Positions 51,525-63,284 of a stretch of DNA of 64,000 nt are shown piece by piece. Under the pieces are notes generated by a model. It had not been told where the DNA came from. It saw nothing but the letters and a program-made list of their open reading frames with translations, and ran no database searches. Made by a program: the position numbers and the translations under genes. This DNA comes from Intoshia linei (taxonomy: Eukaryota; Animalia; Orthonectida), in NCBI GenBank assembly GCA_001642005.1, contig LWCA01000044.1, positions 3,858 through 67,857 on the forward strand. Reading direction: 5' to 3'. The stretch's first letter is position 1. Every line of letters begins with the position of its first letter.

Positions 51525-54500
51525 ATGATAAACGATATTCTTCGGATAAAAATTATCAGTATTGGCAATATCAGTTCCGGAAAAGTAATTTAATTTCAAT
51601 TACTATTTTACTATATTTTTAGAGTTGTGTTATTAAGCGATTCTGTGAAAAACGGTTCGTTTCTAAATATATGCCAACGATAGGAATTGATTATGGAGTG
51701 ACGAGGTTATATAATATAATTAATGTATTATTATTAAAATTTGAAAAATACACGCGTGTTCTGTGTTTGTTACCATTTAGTTATAAAACTAAGAATGTTA
51801 CAATTTAAAACTATATAATTTCTAAAAGAGATTATTCCAAAGAGTGTTTTATCGCAACTTTCAATTTTTGAAATTTACTTATTTACGGCAAAAAATGTAT
51901 TTTACTATTTTTTGTCATTTTTAAAATATATCCTTCCCAGCAATTTTGCAATTAATGTAAGCCTGTCTAGATGAATAAAGTTCATTGAACGTACATGTAT
52001 AATAACATAATGTATAAGTTTTAGAAATTTTTATATATGATGCAGATTCCCAAGACCCGTGATTGGGAATAAATGTAATTTAATAACAGAAATTCAATCT
52101 GAATGAAAAACCCACGACCAGAAAACTCCATCTATCTTTTAATTCAGAATTATGTAGTCTTAATGAGTAATGGCAATTTAATTAATTTTTAATAAATAAA
52201 TGTAATAATTATGATTATCATTTTATTCAATAAAAAATGGGGTCTACTTAAATCCAACCATTTTTACTAAAAATCCAATTTTATCAACCCTTAAGGGAAA
52301 AACCCACTTTTACAAATTCTTTAGGGAAAATTCCACTTTTATCAATGCTTAAGGGAAAAATCCATTTTATCAATCTCTAAGGGAAAAATTCATTTTCACA
52401 AACCCTTAAGTACAAATTCCAATTTTATCAAGCTTTAAATGAAAAATTCCAGTTTTACCAACCCTAAAAGAAAAAATGCAGTTAAGGTTTTAACCTTTTA
52501 GGGTTGGTAAAACCGGATGTTTCGTTTTTGGGTTTGTAGAGGTGGGTTAATCCCTTAAGGGTTGGTAAAACTGGATTTTTCCCTTAAGGGTAAGTAAAAG
52601 TGGAATTTTCATTTTTTAAGTCTAAATAAATGTAAAAATTGTTTTTTTAACTCATTTTCCATCATCAAGTTGTTCGACTTAATTGACGGTTTTGATTGAC
52701 CTAATATTTCGTATATTCCTATATTCGAGTTGCGCTCAGCATTTTAAATATCCTTTTGAAAATAGTATATAAAAATTTAAATTTACCTTTATTTTTTTGC
52801 AAAAACAACATTGTTGTAGGTTGTCATAGTTTATATTTTATGGTATCAACACCCACGCTTAACTATGCAATTCAATTTTTAAAATTTGGTTCTAGCTCAA
52901 TTTTTGTGGTTTTTATCGACATTCAAATATCGGATAGATTGAAAATTTTATAAACATTATTCCATAAATAACTGAAATTTGAACGTCCATAAAAACCACA
53001 AAAATCGAGCTAAAACCAAATTTTAAAAATTGAATTGCATAGTTAAGCGTGGGTGTTGATACCATAAAATATAAACTATGACAACCTACAAAAATGTTGT
53101 TTTTGCAAAAAAATAAAGGTAAATTTAAATTTTTCTATACTATTTTCAAAAGGATATTTAAAATGCTGAGAGCAACTCGAATCGGCATCTTTGCAACACC
53201 CCATTCTAGATTATTATATATATCATGATAATACACCATTTACGCATTAACCGCCCTTAATTCTTTGATGGGTGTGACACCCTAATGGAGATGGAAATTA
53301 GAAATTACATTACTAATTACATATCTATGGCAGCAGTTGAAACTTTTTTGTAATAAATTATTATTAATCAAATGTAAAAATCACAATACTTGATGTTCTA
53401 TTTATTGAAATAAAATATAATTTTAGTATATAGAGCTTCTACTGTATATTATTTTCCAAAATTGTTGAAACTTTCATAGTTTCTCAAAAATAAAAAAATG
53501 AAATATTTACAAATAAATTCGATTTCTTTTTCAAAATTTTTTCGACAATGACGGTCTCTCCAATCTGTATTAAACATAAAAAATCCAGAAATGTATGTGT
53601 TGATTTAGACGGGCTTAAATCAATGGCAAAATTTCTGAAAGGGGGTATAAATGTAATGTTTACACAAACAGACAAACGCTTTTACAAACTTTTACACTTT
53701 ATATGTAATAATTCAGTTAATTTAATTTTAATGTAGATTGAATTATGATGGTAAAGAAATTAGAGTAAATATTTTTGATATGTCTGGCAATCCATATTAT
53801 CATGAAGTAATAATTTAAAAAATGAATTAAACATTTCACATTGTAACAAAACGTTTTATGTAACTAGACCTAGTTTTAATAATAGCATACCATAATTTTA
53901 TTTCTTCGGTCTGAATTTATGGTTTGACTAATGTTTATCACATTGAATTTATCAATTATAATTATAATTGCTATTGGTTCTAATTTGTTAACAAATTGAA
54001 AGTAAAATGGTACATATTAATTTGAATATTTTAGATAAGAAACGAATTTTACGAAAATACTCAGGGGATAATGCTATTCTATGATGTAGCAAACCGGAAA
54101 TCTTTTGAAAGTTTGAATCAATGGGTAAAAGAAGCCAAAGGAGAAATCGATAGTGAAGATTTGAATAGTACTGCATTAATCGTTATAGGGAACAAAGTAA
54201 GTGTGTTTTTAAAATGCAATTTTTGTGTAGGTAGATAAAAACAGAATGGTATCAAGGAATGAAGGTGAATGTTGGGCATCACGTTATAAATTTCCGTATT
54301 TCGAAACTTCTGCTAAAAGTGGAATTGGAATAAACAACGCATTTAATGTAATTAGAATGAGTCTAATCTGGATTTATCTTCAATGATTATTATCAGAGCC
54401 GAACCTACCCAGCTCGACACCATTCCTCAGGGGTTCGAAAAAAATTTTGTAAAATGGGGCCTTCGTGTTTTCACATTGAGCATTTAAAAAAATATTTTTA

Positions 54501-56765
54501 AATATCATAACTGTGAAATCCTGGCAGAACAGAACCTATCAAGCTTGAGGTCACGCGAAATAGAAAATAATGTTGCATATTTTTTTACAAATGATTAGTT
54601 GTCATAGAGATCATACGCAACTATCCAAGACTATTGACTTAATATTTTAAATTTAATACACAAAGTAGTTATGATATTTTAGAATCTAGTATATATTTTT
54701 TAATATTCAACTTGTAAAAATGACGCCCATTTTACCAAAATTTCGTCGAGGCCCTGGGTAGCTACTAGCTGGGCTTATATATTACTACGAATTGAGTGCA
54801 TCAAATTAATAAATATTCGAAGCTCGAGTATGATATGTTCTACTCTGGTAATTATGAAAAATAAAGTGATAATTTATATTCTGATATTGTACTACAGGGT
54901 GTACCATTTAGAACAGTGCACTTGTTAAAAAATTTCATATTATGAGTGCACTGACGAAATAAAGAACAAATCAACTGTATAAAAACAAGTTCATATTAAT
55001 TTTTTGAAATGTTAACCACGAGTGAAAGAATATTTTTTGTTTAGCTATTAATCGAGTTTAAAACATGCCATACTTCATTTATATCCATGAATTGGTTAAA
55101 TCAAAAATTCGACGAAAAAATAATATCAAAAAGTATATGGTCACCAAAGTCTATTGAACTAACGCTATGTGATTTTTATTTGTAGGGAACAATAAAATCT
55201 AAAATTTATAAAAATTCCCCTTCAAATATAGAATCCGGAAAAACCAATATCATTAACAGTATTAACTCAATTAGCACTCAAGAATTATCTAATGTTTACA
55301 ACAATTTCCTTAAACGCATTCATTTATGTATCCAATCTGATGGTGGTCATTTTGAACAGCTATTGTGAATTAAATAATTTTAAGTTTCTAAATTTTTCCT
55401 AAATACGTTAGATAAATATCCAAATAATTTTATTATTGAGCAAATTTAATTGTTACAGTCAAAATGTTTTTTGATAAACTTGTTATTTTCAAGTGCAGTT
55501 TTAAATGGTAGACACTGTACTAAAACATAAGTCAAATGAGATTATGCCTGCATGAAATAGCCAATAATCCCATTATAAGATAATTATTGAGTAAATTTTT
55601 AAATAAATATTATACGACGTAGTCGATTTTTTCAAGGGGGTGTTGAAAAAATATATTACTAAAAAGGGGGCGGTAGACCAAGTAAGTTTGGGAACCACTG
55701 ATAAAGAGTATTTCTTATATAATTATGAGAAACCAGTCCATTTAAAAACTATAAAGTTTTAAATAAACGACCATCGACGTGTACTAAGCAAACTTAATTA
55801 TTGGATATGTCTGAGAGTAACACCCTAATACACATAATCAGGACCGTGAAGAGTCAATAGTGGGCCTTGGAAAGATGAAAATGCTATCCCTCTATACAAC
55901 ATTTTTAAGGTTCCTATATTAAATATTTAATCCAGCGGGTTATAAACCTTTTTTCAGTGTTACTTTCTGAAGTAAAAACATTTCTAAAAGAACGTATTAA
56001 TTTTCAAGTGTTTCCCATGACGACATAGTCGCCGCATATGGCCCATCTCTAAACGGCTCTGCACATAATATAATGTAACCATAATTCATACTTATAGTGT
56101 ATCATTAAAATTATTATTGACAAAATCAAAGCTGACATACAAGAAACGATACCTGGAAGTTTAAACGCCAAACCAGCCTATTCTGATGAACAAATACGAA
56201 TAATAAGCAGAATTATAAATAAATCCACTTCAAACCTTCAAAAATTGGGACTACAACATGGTGCCACAATGTAAATTTATTGAACTTTTTTTCGCGTACA
56301 TTGTACAACACTTTTGATGTGCTGTTTTTTTATCAGAAAACTCATTTTGTGCGTGGATGTATTTTGCCTTTTGATGGAGCACCAACTAAAAATTATCAAT
56401 ACATTTATCTTTATCTCAACACAAATTTGATTTTAGGGTAAGCCCCATCGCAAATAAAAATATGACGGTTACATCATTGAAAATTTTTAGAATGCTTCAC
56501 TATTTTCTAGGACACATTATCCACTGTGACCAGGTTAGCAGAGGGTGAGAATTAGAACCGATCATGCGATATTATCAACTCATATACACAATTATTCAAA
56601 ATTAAATCATTGTCATAAAAGATAATTAAATTTAGACAAGAAATTAAACGAGCATACAGAAAACTGGCCATACTTCTTCACCCTGACAAAAGTTTAGCAC
56701 CGCGAACTGCAGAAGCGTTTGATCAATTAACCAATGCTAAATCACAACTTTTGAATGATTTTTAA
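51525..56765 (+). CDS. DNAJC27: Rab-like GTPase with a C-terminal J domain (RBJ/RJL family), about 7 exons
   Basis: Not in the ORF track. Spliced translation: IKIISIGNISSGK-SCVIKRFCEKRFVSKYMPTIGIDYGV...NIFDMSG...IRNEFY...VIGNK-VD...YFETSAKSG...KRAYRKLAILLHPDK. Confidence 0.92.
52255..52615. repeat. Minisatellite of about 30-bp units (AAAAATCCAATTTTATCAACCCTTAAGGG), direct then inverted
   Basis: About 8 direct units up to ~52480, then about 4 inverted units. Related units occur at 15420-15630 and 20065-20380. Confidence 0.8.
52723..53182. repeat. Long near-perfect inverted repeat (arms about 206 bp, spacer about 48 bp)
   Basis: ATTCGAGTTGCGCTCAGCATTTTAAATATCC... is mirrored by ...GGATATTTAAAATGCTGAGAGCAACTCGAAT with only a few mismatches. 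Confidence 0.92.
54895..55517 (+). mobile_element. Deleted Tc1/mariner element with a C-terminal transposase remnant
   Basis: TA|CAGGGTGTACCATTTAGAAC ... GTTTTAAATGGTAGACACTG|TA. WSPKSIELTLCDFYL*GTIKSKIY resembles WPPRSPDLTPCDFFLWG, and the remnant ends CIQSDGGHFEQLL*. Confidence 0.85.
55839..56061. mobile_element. hAT MITE with a perfect 8-bp TSD
   Basis: CACATAAT|CAGGACCGTGAAGAG ... CTCTAAACGGCTCTG|CACATAAT. Related left ends occur near 29449, 45728 and 49007. Confidence 0.85.
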
Positions 56766-56873
56766 ATATATATCATGTAAAATAAAACTTGATATAATTA
56801 TAACAACGAGACTTATTGATTTATTATTGATTATAATAATCTCATATAAAACGTTAACAAATTACAAAACGCT

Positions 56874-58006
56874 ATGAACAATTTTGAAAATATTACCAAA
56901 ATTGGCGAAGGAACTTATGGAACAGTCTACAAATGTTTGTGGATAAAATGTAATAAAATTGTGGCTGTAAAAATGGTTAATCTTTTGGACGATGAAGTAT
57001 TAAAATGGCCAATATATTTATAAAATTAATAGGGCATTCCAAGTTCTGCATTTCGGGAAATTTGTATTCTACATGAACTAAACCATGAAAATGTTGTGCG
57101 GTAAGTCAAAATTACATTAATATAATAAATTAGTCTTTACAACGTAATCACCAATGTGGAGCAACTACTTATGGTGTTTGAGTATTGTACATTGGATTTG
57201 AAAAATTATTTTGATCAGTTGGAAAGTCCTATATCAAAAGATTTAGTCAAGGTAAATACCATCAATACTATAATTAGATTGATAGCAATTTATGTATCAA
57301 CTCATGTGCGGATTAAATTACTGCCACAAGATGAATGTAATACACAGGGATTTAAAACCTCAAAACATACTTCTTGATAAAAACTATAACATAAAATTAG
57401 CCGATTTTGGTTTAGCACGGGTTTTTGGCTTACCAGCAAAAGCGTATTCATCAGAAGTAATAAAATTAAATAATAAAACTTGATATAAATAGGTTGTAAC
57501 ATTGTGGTATCGACCGCCAGATATTCTATATGGAGGAAAGATGTACTCTACAGCCATAGACATTTGGTCAGCTGGATGTATATTTGCTGGTAATTATTTT
57601 ATACTTCTTACGATAGTCTAGTTTTTTAAAGAAATGAGCAATTCTGGAATAGCAATATTACCTGGAAAAGATGTAAATGATCAATTAAAACGAATATTTA
57701 AGTATTTTTACAGTTTAAGCATTACTATAATTTTAAGGCTTTTTGGTACACCTACTCAGAAAACATGGTCAGATATGATTTACTTGAATGAATATAAATC
57801 ATTCCCGTCGTACAAGACTAATGTCAGATGGAATCAAATTGTACCAGAATTATGTTCAAATGGCATAGATTTATTGCTAGTATAACTAACTTATATTAGA
57901 TTTATTTTATTTTTAGAAACTCATGGTATGTAATCCTAAAAATAGAATTTCGGCCCAGAAATCTTTGAATCATAAATACTTTGAAAGTTATAAAAATCAA
58001 TTATAA
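56874..58006 (+). CDS. CDK5: Cyclin-dependent kinase 5-like, multi-exon with micro-introns
   Basis: [57 protein letters not shown] and [10 protein letters not shown]. The first four introns are 33-36 bp. Confidence 0.88.
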
Positions 58007-58009
58007 AAT

Positions 58010-60402
58010 TTATTTTTTTTTTGTTTTATACAACTTTGCTTCATATTGAGCCAAAGACATATAATTTGTGATTTTAGCAAAAGATGCAGCATATTTTGAA
58101 GTAGATTTAGGTACTACATTGCTGGCAGATACTTTTAATAAATTAATAATATCTGCATCGGGGGGTTCAAAAGTTTTTTTCTTTTTCTTTTTACGTTTTT
58201 TATTTGACTTTTGCAATGGGTCAATTTCACTGTTATCAACTTTTAAAATAATTTCTTCAGTTGGTGGAAAAGAAGGAAAATCTTTATTAGTCATCATGAA
58301 TGGTTCAGCGACATTATTTTTTTTGATTTTAGTCGCTATTTTTTCTTTTGGTTTAAGACTAAATGTACAGGTATTGTGTAGTGTGATTTTCATTATTATC
58401 GAAATATTAATTCATAAACATGTATAACATTTAACTTTAAAATAGGATTAGTAACTGTAATATGGATAATTTAAAGATATGCACAAAATTACGACGCATA
58501 GTATAAGTTAAAATTTGGTAATAAATAAAATAATGATTGGGGGAGAAATTTAAAAAAAATTCAAAAAATAAAATTTAATTATAAAAAAGTTTGAGAACCA
58601 CAGCTCTATAAGTTCTTTTTAATGACTATCATAAACAAAAATTCACTTGCCAATTTCATTTTTTTACTAATTAGAAGTCAATTGATTACGTTTTTTATCA
58701 AATTTTTAATAGATCCCAGTGTTAGAGTCATAATGTTCTATTTGAATTTTTGATGAAAAATGTTGCCAATTATATCTTACATTTTATCAAAAAAAATAAG
58801 CTTGAAAACGTATTATTTATGAGATAACTTCATCGTGTATTATTCACAAACTCATAATAACAAGAAATATAATAATTTAATGGTTTTTATTTAAAAAATT
58901 AAATTCCGTTAACAAGTGTACTATGGGAAAAATTTCATATTAACGAAATTTCCAATCCCTGGTAAGGACTTAGAATTTACCATAGATTCCTTAAAAAAAT
59001 TTAAAACGGAAGTAATGTAATATAGCGCTAGCCACATTTCTCCGGTTTGGACTTATGTTTAAATTTGACACTCAAAACAGTTAATTATTTTAATATAATA
59101 AATTAAATATGGATACCAAGAATTATTCCATTTTGCTAAACATTAATAAATTAAAATAAATGAATTTCATACGTGTAGGTTTTTCTGTGCAAAGTGAAGG
59201 AAATTCGCTATAGAATAAATTATTTTTTTGAATAGTACTATAAGATGGATTTTCACTATTAACCCTCCATTGACCGCGTAAATTTATTTTGTTATGAGTG
59301 GATAAAGAAGCTGATGAACTAGGAGTTTTGACACAATTGGATTCAATTTTCTTTTTTTCGCCAATAACAAAATCAAACTCATCTTCATTTTTTTGAGATT
59401 GACTAAACCTGAGTTGGTGAAGTGACGGAAAATCTTGTTCTGAATATTCATACCTGGATGGTGGATCACTAAATACTTTAGTTGTGACTGGTTGATACAT
59501 CTCATTATTATAAATGGTTACACCTGGAATAAGATTGGTTGGTTCAGTAGGTGTAACTGTACTTGAAAATTTAAAAGTTGAATATTCAAGTCTTTGTTTT
59601 TGAGAAAGCTTATCTGAATGACATTCTATTAAATGACAGTGATAATCATTCTGAGTTTGAAATACATTGGAAAAATGTTCCCTTTCACAACCATCAAGGC
59701 TACACATGTAATGTTTTGAACTAAAATGTAATTTTAATTCTTCATATGACTCAAAGAAGGTAACATTGCTTTCAGAAAAATCACAAATAAAGCAGTTGAA
59801 ATGATTTCGCCGATTATGTTGTCGATAATCATCTGAATCAAAAAGTTCTAAATTGCAAAATGAACAAAATCTATGGCCCGATAACTTGTCATTATAATTG
59901 AAAGTATGATCACGTAGTTCCTTTCCAGTGTACAGTTCATGGAATCGAGGGAAAATTTTAATATGGTCGACACAAGTCTGACAATATGAACGATTATGAC
60001 ATTGCATGTGTTTCATTAGCGCGGGCATACTGCTAAAATCTTCCTGGCAAAAAGTACATTGATATCTTAATAAAAACAATAATTTGCTTTTGCTCCATTC
60101 ATCCAAATGTATTCCGCAAAAAATCATTAAGTTTCCTAGATTTACACTTTCGAATGTTTTCATTTCAGATAAAAATATTATAACATCCATTTCATCCCTA
60201 CACACGGAACACCTTTTTGAATGACACAAAAGTCGCATAGTTGCAGCACATTTGATACATACAACGTGATTACACTAAATTTTAATAAAAAATTTAAATT
60301 AAAAACTACACTTCCAAATGCAAATATGTCTATGTTATCAAAGCATATTGGGCATTCTAGTATTTCGCAGTTTGATGATGTAGTATTATCTATTTCACTC
60401 AT
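58010..60402 (-). CDS. ZNF598: ZNF598/Hel2 ribosome quality-control E3 ligase
   Basis: RING CPIC...GS-CNHVVCIKC..MRLLC..KRCSVCR across a 35-bp intron, C2H2 fingers (GHRFCSFC, HFNCFICD, HFSSKHYMC) and repeated DFPSL/EFPSL motifs. 3' exon joins are approximate. Confidence 0.88.
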
Positions 60403-60570
60403 TTTATATAAAAGTTCAACTTGCTATTTCAAAAATACAATAAAAATATTTTCAAATTGGTTATTTTTGGTTGCTAACGTTTGACAAACAAGAATCTTGT
60501 TGTCTTGTTACAAGAATTCACAAATGAAACGATTTTAATTTAAACTTTGTAATGTACAATTATATAATTA

Positions 60571-62251
60571 CTAGCTTGGCAGTTTTGTACTACGTACAAA
60601 CAGCACCTAGCTCTGCCGAGGGCACTCTTTTATTATACCAAAAAAATAAATTCACGTTGAAAATCTAACTTAAAAATTCTACTATTAACTATTATCAATC
60701 CTTTGTTTTGTTTTGTTAAAATTTGCGTAAAGAATTTAAAAACAATTATTATTCCATTTTTTTAATTTATTAGACAGAATGTGTGTATAATATTAAAAAT
60801 AAAGTAAAAATAAGTCCAATCCTAAAAATTGTCATAAATAGCATAAATTCCAGAAAAAATAAAATTATAAAAACATTGTCATTTTCAATGTGATGTAATA
60901 TATTCACAGTCCTCGTCACCTATTACAGTACTCTTTAAAACTGTCGTTTTAAATTAGACATTTCTAGTGCCATATGAATGATATAATTTATATCTATCGT
61001 TATAACACAGCACAAATACAACTTCCATTAATCCTCCTGCATTATTTATACCCTTATAAAAATTTGTGGATTGTTTCATTCGTTATTTTAGAATCTAATT
61101 TTATAACGCTAATGTATGTCGAAGACTGTCAGTATCAATTTTAAAACATACTTAAAAATACAATTGTGTATAAATAATTAATTGAATCTTCACTTTATAT
61201 TTATATTTTAGTCGAATTTTACCATTATTGCAAAGGATTGTAATATAAAAATGATTGATGTTAAAAATGTTTCCATACTTTTGGCCTTTTTTTGTGAATG
61301 TTACTTGTCTTTTTACCATTTTATGTTAAATTTGTAACAATTATCATTAAAAAAAATAACGTTTCAGTTAATATAAATTTAATTTTATAAATTCGTTGGT
61401 GTAGTGTTAAAATTTGAAGATTATAAAAAATGTTTGGAAAATGGAAATTAAAAATTGCGAAGGAATGAATTATATAGATTTTCACCCATATGTCTTTGTA
61501 ATGATTGGCAGATAAGAACTTTGATAAGTTCATCCTAAATAAAAAGATGTCCAAATCTCGATTCGAACCTAGCCACGCAGATTACAATCATATGACTATA
61601 ACGACTCCGCCAGGCAGACATCACAAGTCAGTTATATCAAAAGTATATATTCGAATCTCGATTAGTATAATAGGGATATATCACTACAGTCTTCATTGGA
61701 AATGTGTAGACGTACAATACACATTTTTTTTGAAATTGGATCAATATTTATATTTTCAATTTTTGATTTTAATCGAAATATTTGAAAAATATTGGTTGAT
61801 AATATATTAAAAGTATTTTTCACCCGGGAATGCGTAGATTTCTCGTTGAAATTTTGTATTTATATCAACTGGAATAACCTCTATCAGAATAATTTTTTTT
61901 TTTTTAATTTTCAGACCGTTAATTATTTCACATTTTTTGTTTTAATAAAATATTTTGTAAAAAAAATATATATACTAAAATGCTTTTTTGACCGTAAAGT
62001 CATCACTTATTCGGATTGAAATTTTCTGTGTGTGTTAACAGGATACAACTGTACAATTAAAAAAAGAAGGGTAATTGTGGTTTTGGCCATGAAGATGTGA
62101 AATTGGGAGGTTGAAATATATCTTAATATACGTCCCGAAAAAAACTGTAATTGAAATGTAATCTTTAAAAAATTCTAAGATGGGTAGTTATTTAAATAAA
62201 TCTGAACACACACACAAACAAAAATAGCGTCGCATTTTATATAAGTTAGGA
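60571..62251 (-). mobile_element. Complete non-autonomous Helitron
   Basis: Minus strand begins A|TCCTAACTTATATAAAA...(GT)n and ends with a hairpin (CTGTTTGTAC..GTACAAAACTG) followed by CTAG|T. Matching 3' ends lie at 49383-49433 and 63355-63407, and matching 5' ends near 9920 and 9950. Confidence 0.75.
61497..61688. mobile_element. Solo-LTR-like 192-bp insertion containing a tRNA-like Pol III cassette
   Basis: GTCTT|TGTAATGAT...ATCACTACA|GTCTT. The empty site CATATGTCTTTATTGGAAATG is present in the paralogous Helitron copy near 28665. Confidence 0.8.
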
Positions 62252-62802
62252 TAATTGTAACAAAATGGTCATTTACGTTTTTGGCAGTGAAGGTGCCAAT
62301 TTTTGACAATACACGAGTCTTGAAAAATATTGTTAAAATCAGTGTTTTTTAAATAAATGGTTGCAGACAAAATTTGTCTGACAATCAAATCAAAATATAT
62401 TGGCTTTTGTATATAAGTAATGAATTTTTACTAAGAGTGTAATTATAAAATATTAAAACAATCATAACAATTTATTAGCCTTTGGCAAGTTTATTGATTA
62501 TCTCTATATTTGAATGAAGGTGTTAATGAACTTTCATTCGAATCTATTGAATCCCAGTCTGTATCATCTCGAATACTGTCCAAAAAGGTCAAATTTTTTT
62601 TTTCCATGTATTTTTTCTGTTTAATATAAGTCTCTTTTTTCATCTAAAAAGAAATATTTATAGCTTTTAGTAATGTGATATATAAAAACCATTGTACCTG
62701 TTTTCAACCATGCTTGAATTATTTTTAAATTGTAGGATGAATATTTACATTTTTAATTTTAATCCAAACATTTGAAAAATATTTATAGATAATATCTTAA
62801 TA

Positions 62803-63284
62803 CAGCATTCTCTCCTCAACTCGCCAACTCTATAACTCGCCAATTCTGTATTTCAGCAAATCATTATTACTTTAATATGGAAATATTAACATTTTATTCT
62901 ATAACTCGTCATAAATTTAAAATATAAAACTAAAAGTTTTACAACCATTTTTCAAAATTATTTACGATTTTATGTACTTAAGTTTTAAATCACGTTGTAA
63001 TTTAAAATGCTTCTAAATCGCAAAAGAAAAATTACATTTTTAATAAGGCAGATGAATAATAAATTTATTTCAAAAAGGGATTCTGTATATTACGCTTACA
63101 AAAAATTGTTTTTATATTCTATTCTATTTACTGATTTACTAAAATTAGTAACTTTACAATTTACATTTTATTGCAATTTAACCTTCAATTTAAAGGTTTT
63201 ATCTGCTGATTATATAGTTTTAAATTCTCTATATCGGCAACTTTTTCTAAATCCCAAGAATGGCGAGTGGTAGAGAGAATACTG
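62803..63284. mobile_element. Tc1/pogo-type MITE
   Basis: TA|CAGCATTCTCTCCTCAACTCGCCA ... TGGCGAGTGGTAGAGAGAATACTG|TA, with internal ATAACTCGCC repeats. Confidence 0.8.

Noticed and set aside
52255-52615. CRISPR-like array
   Set aside because: The units are contiguous tandem repeats without unique spacers, in a eukaryotic intron with no cas genes.
61548-61619. Functional tRNA-Tyr gene
   Set aside because: The anticodon, D and T stems pair poorly. Only the promoter boxes and the outer stem are kept, so it is reported as tRNA-like.
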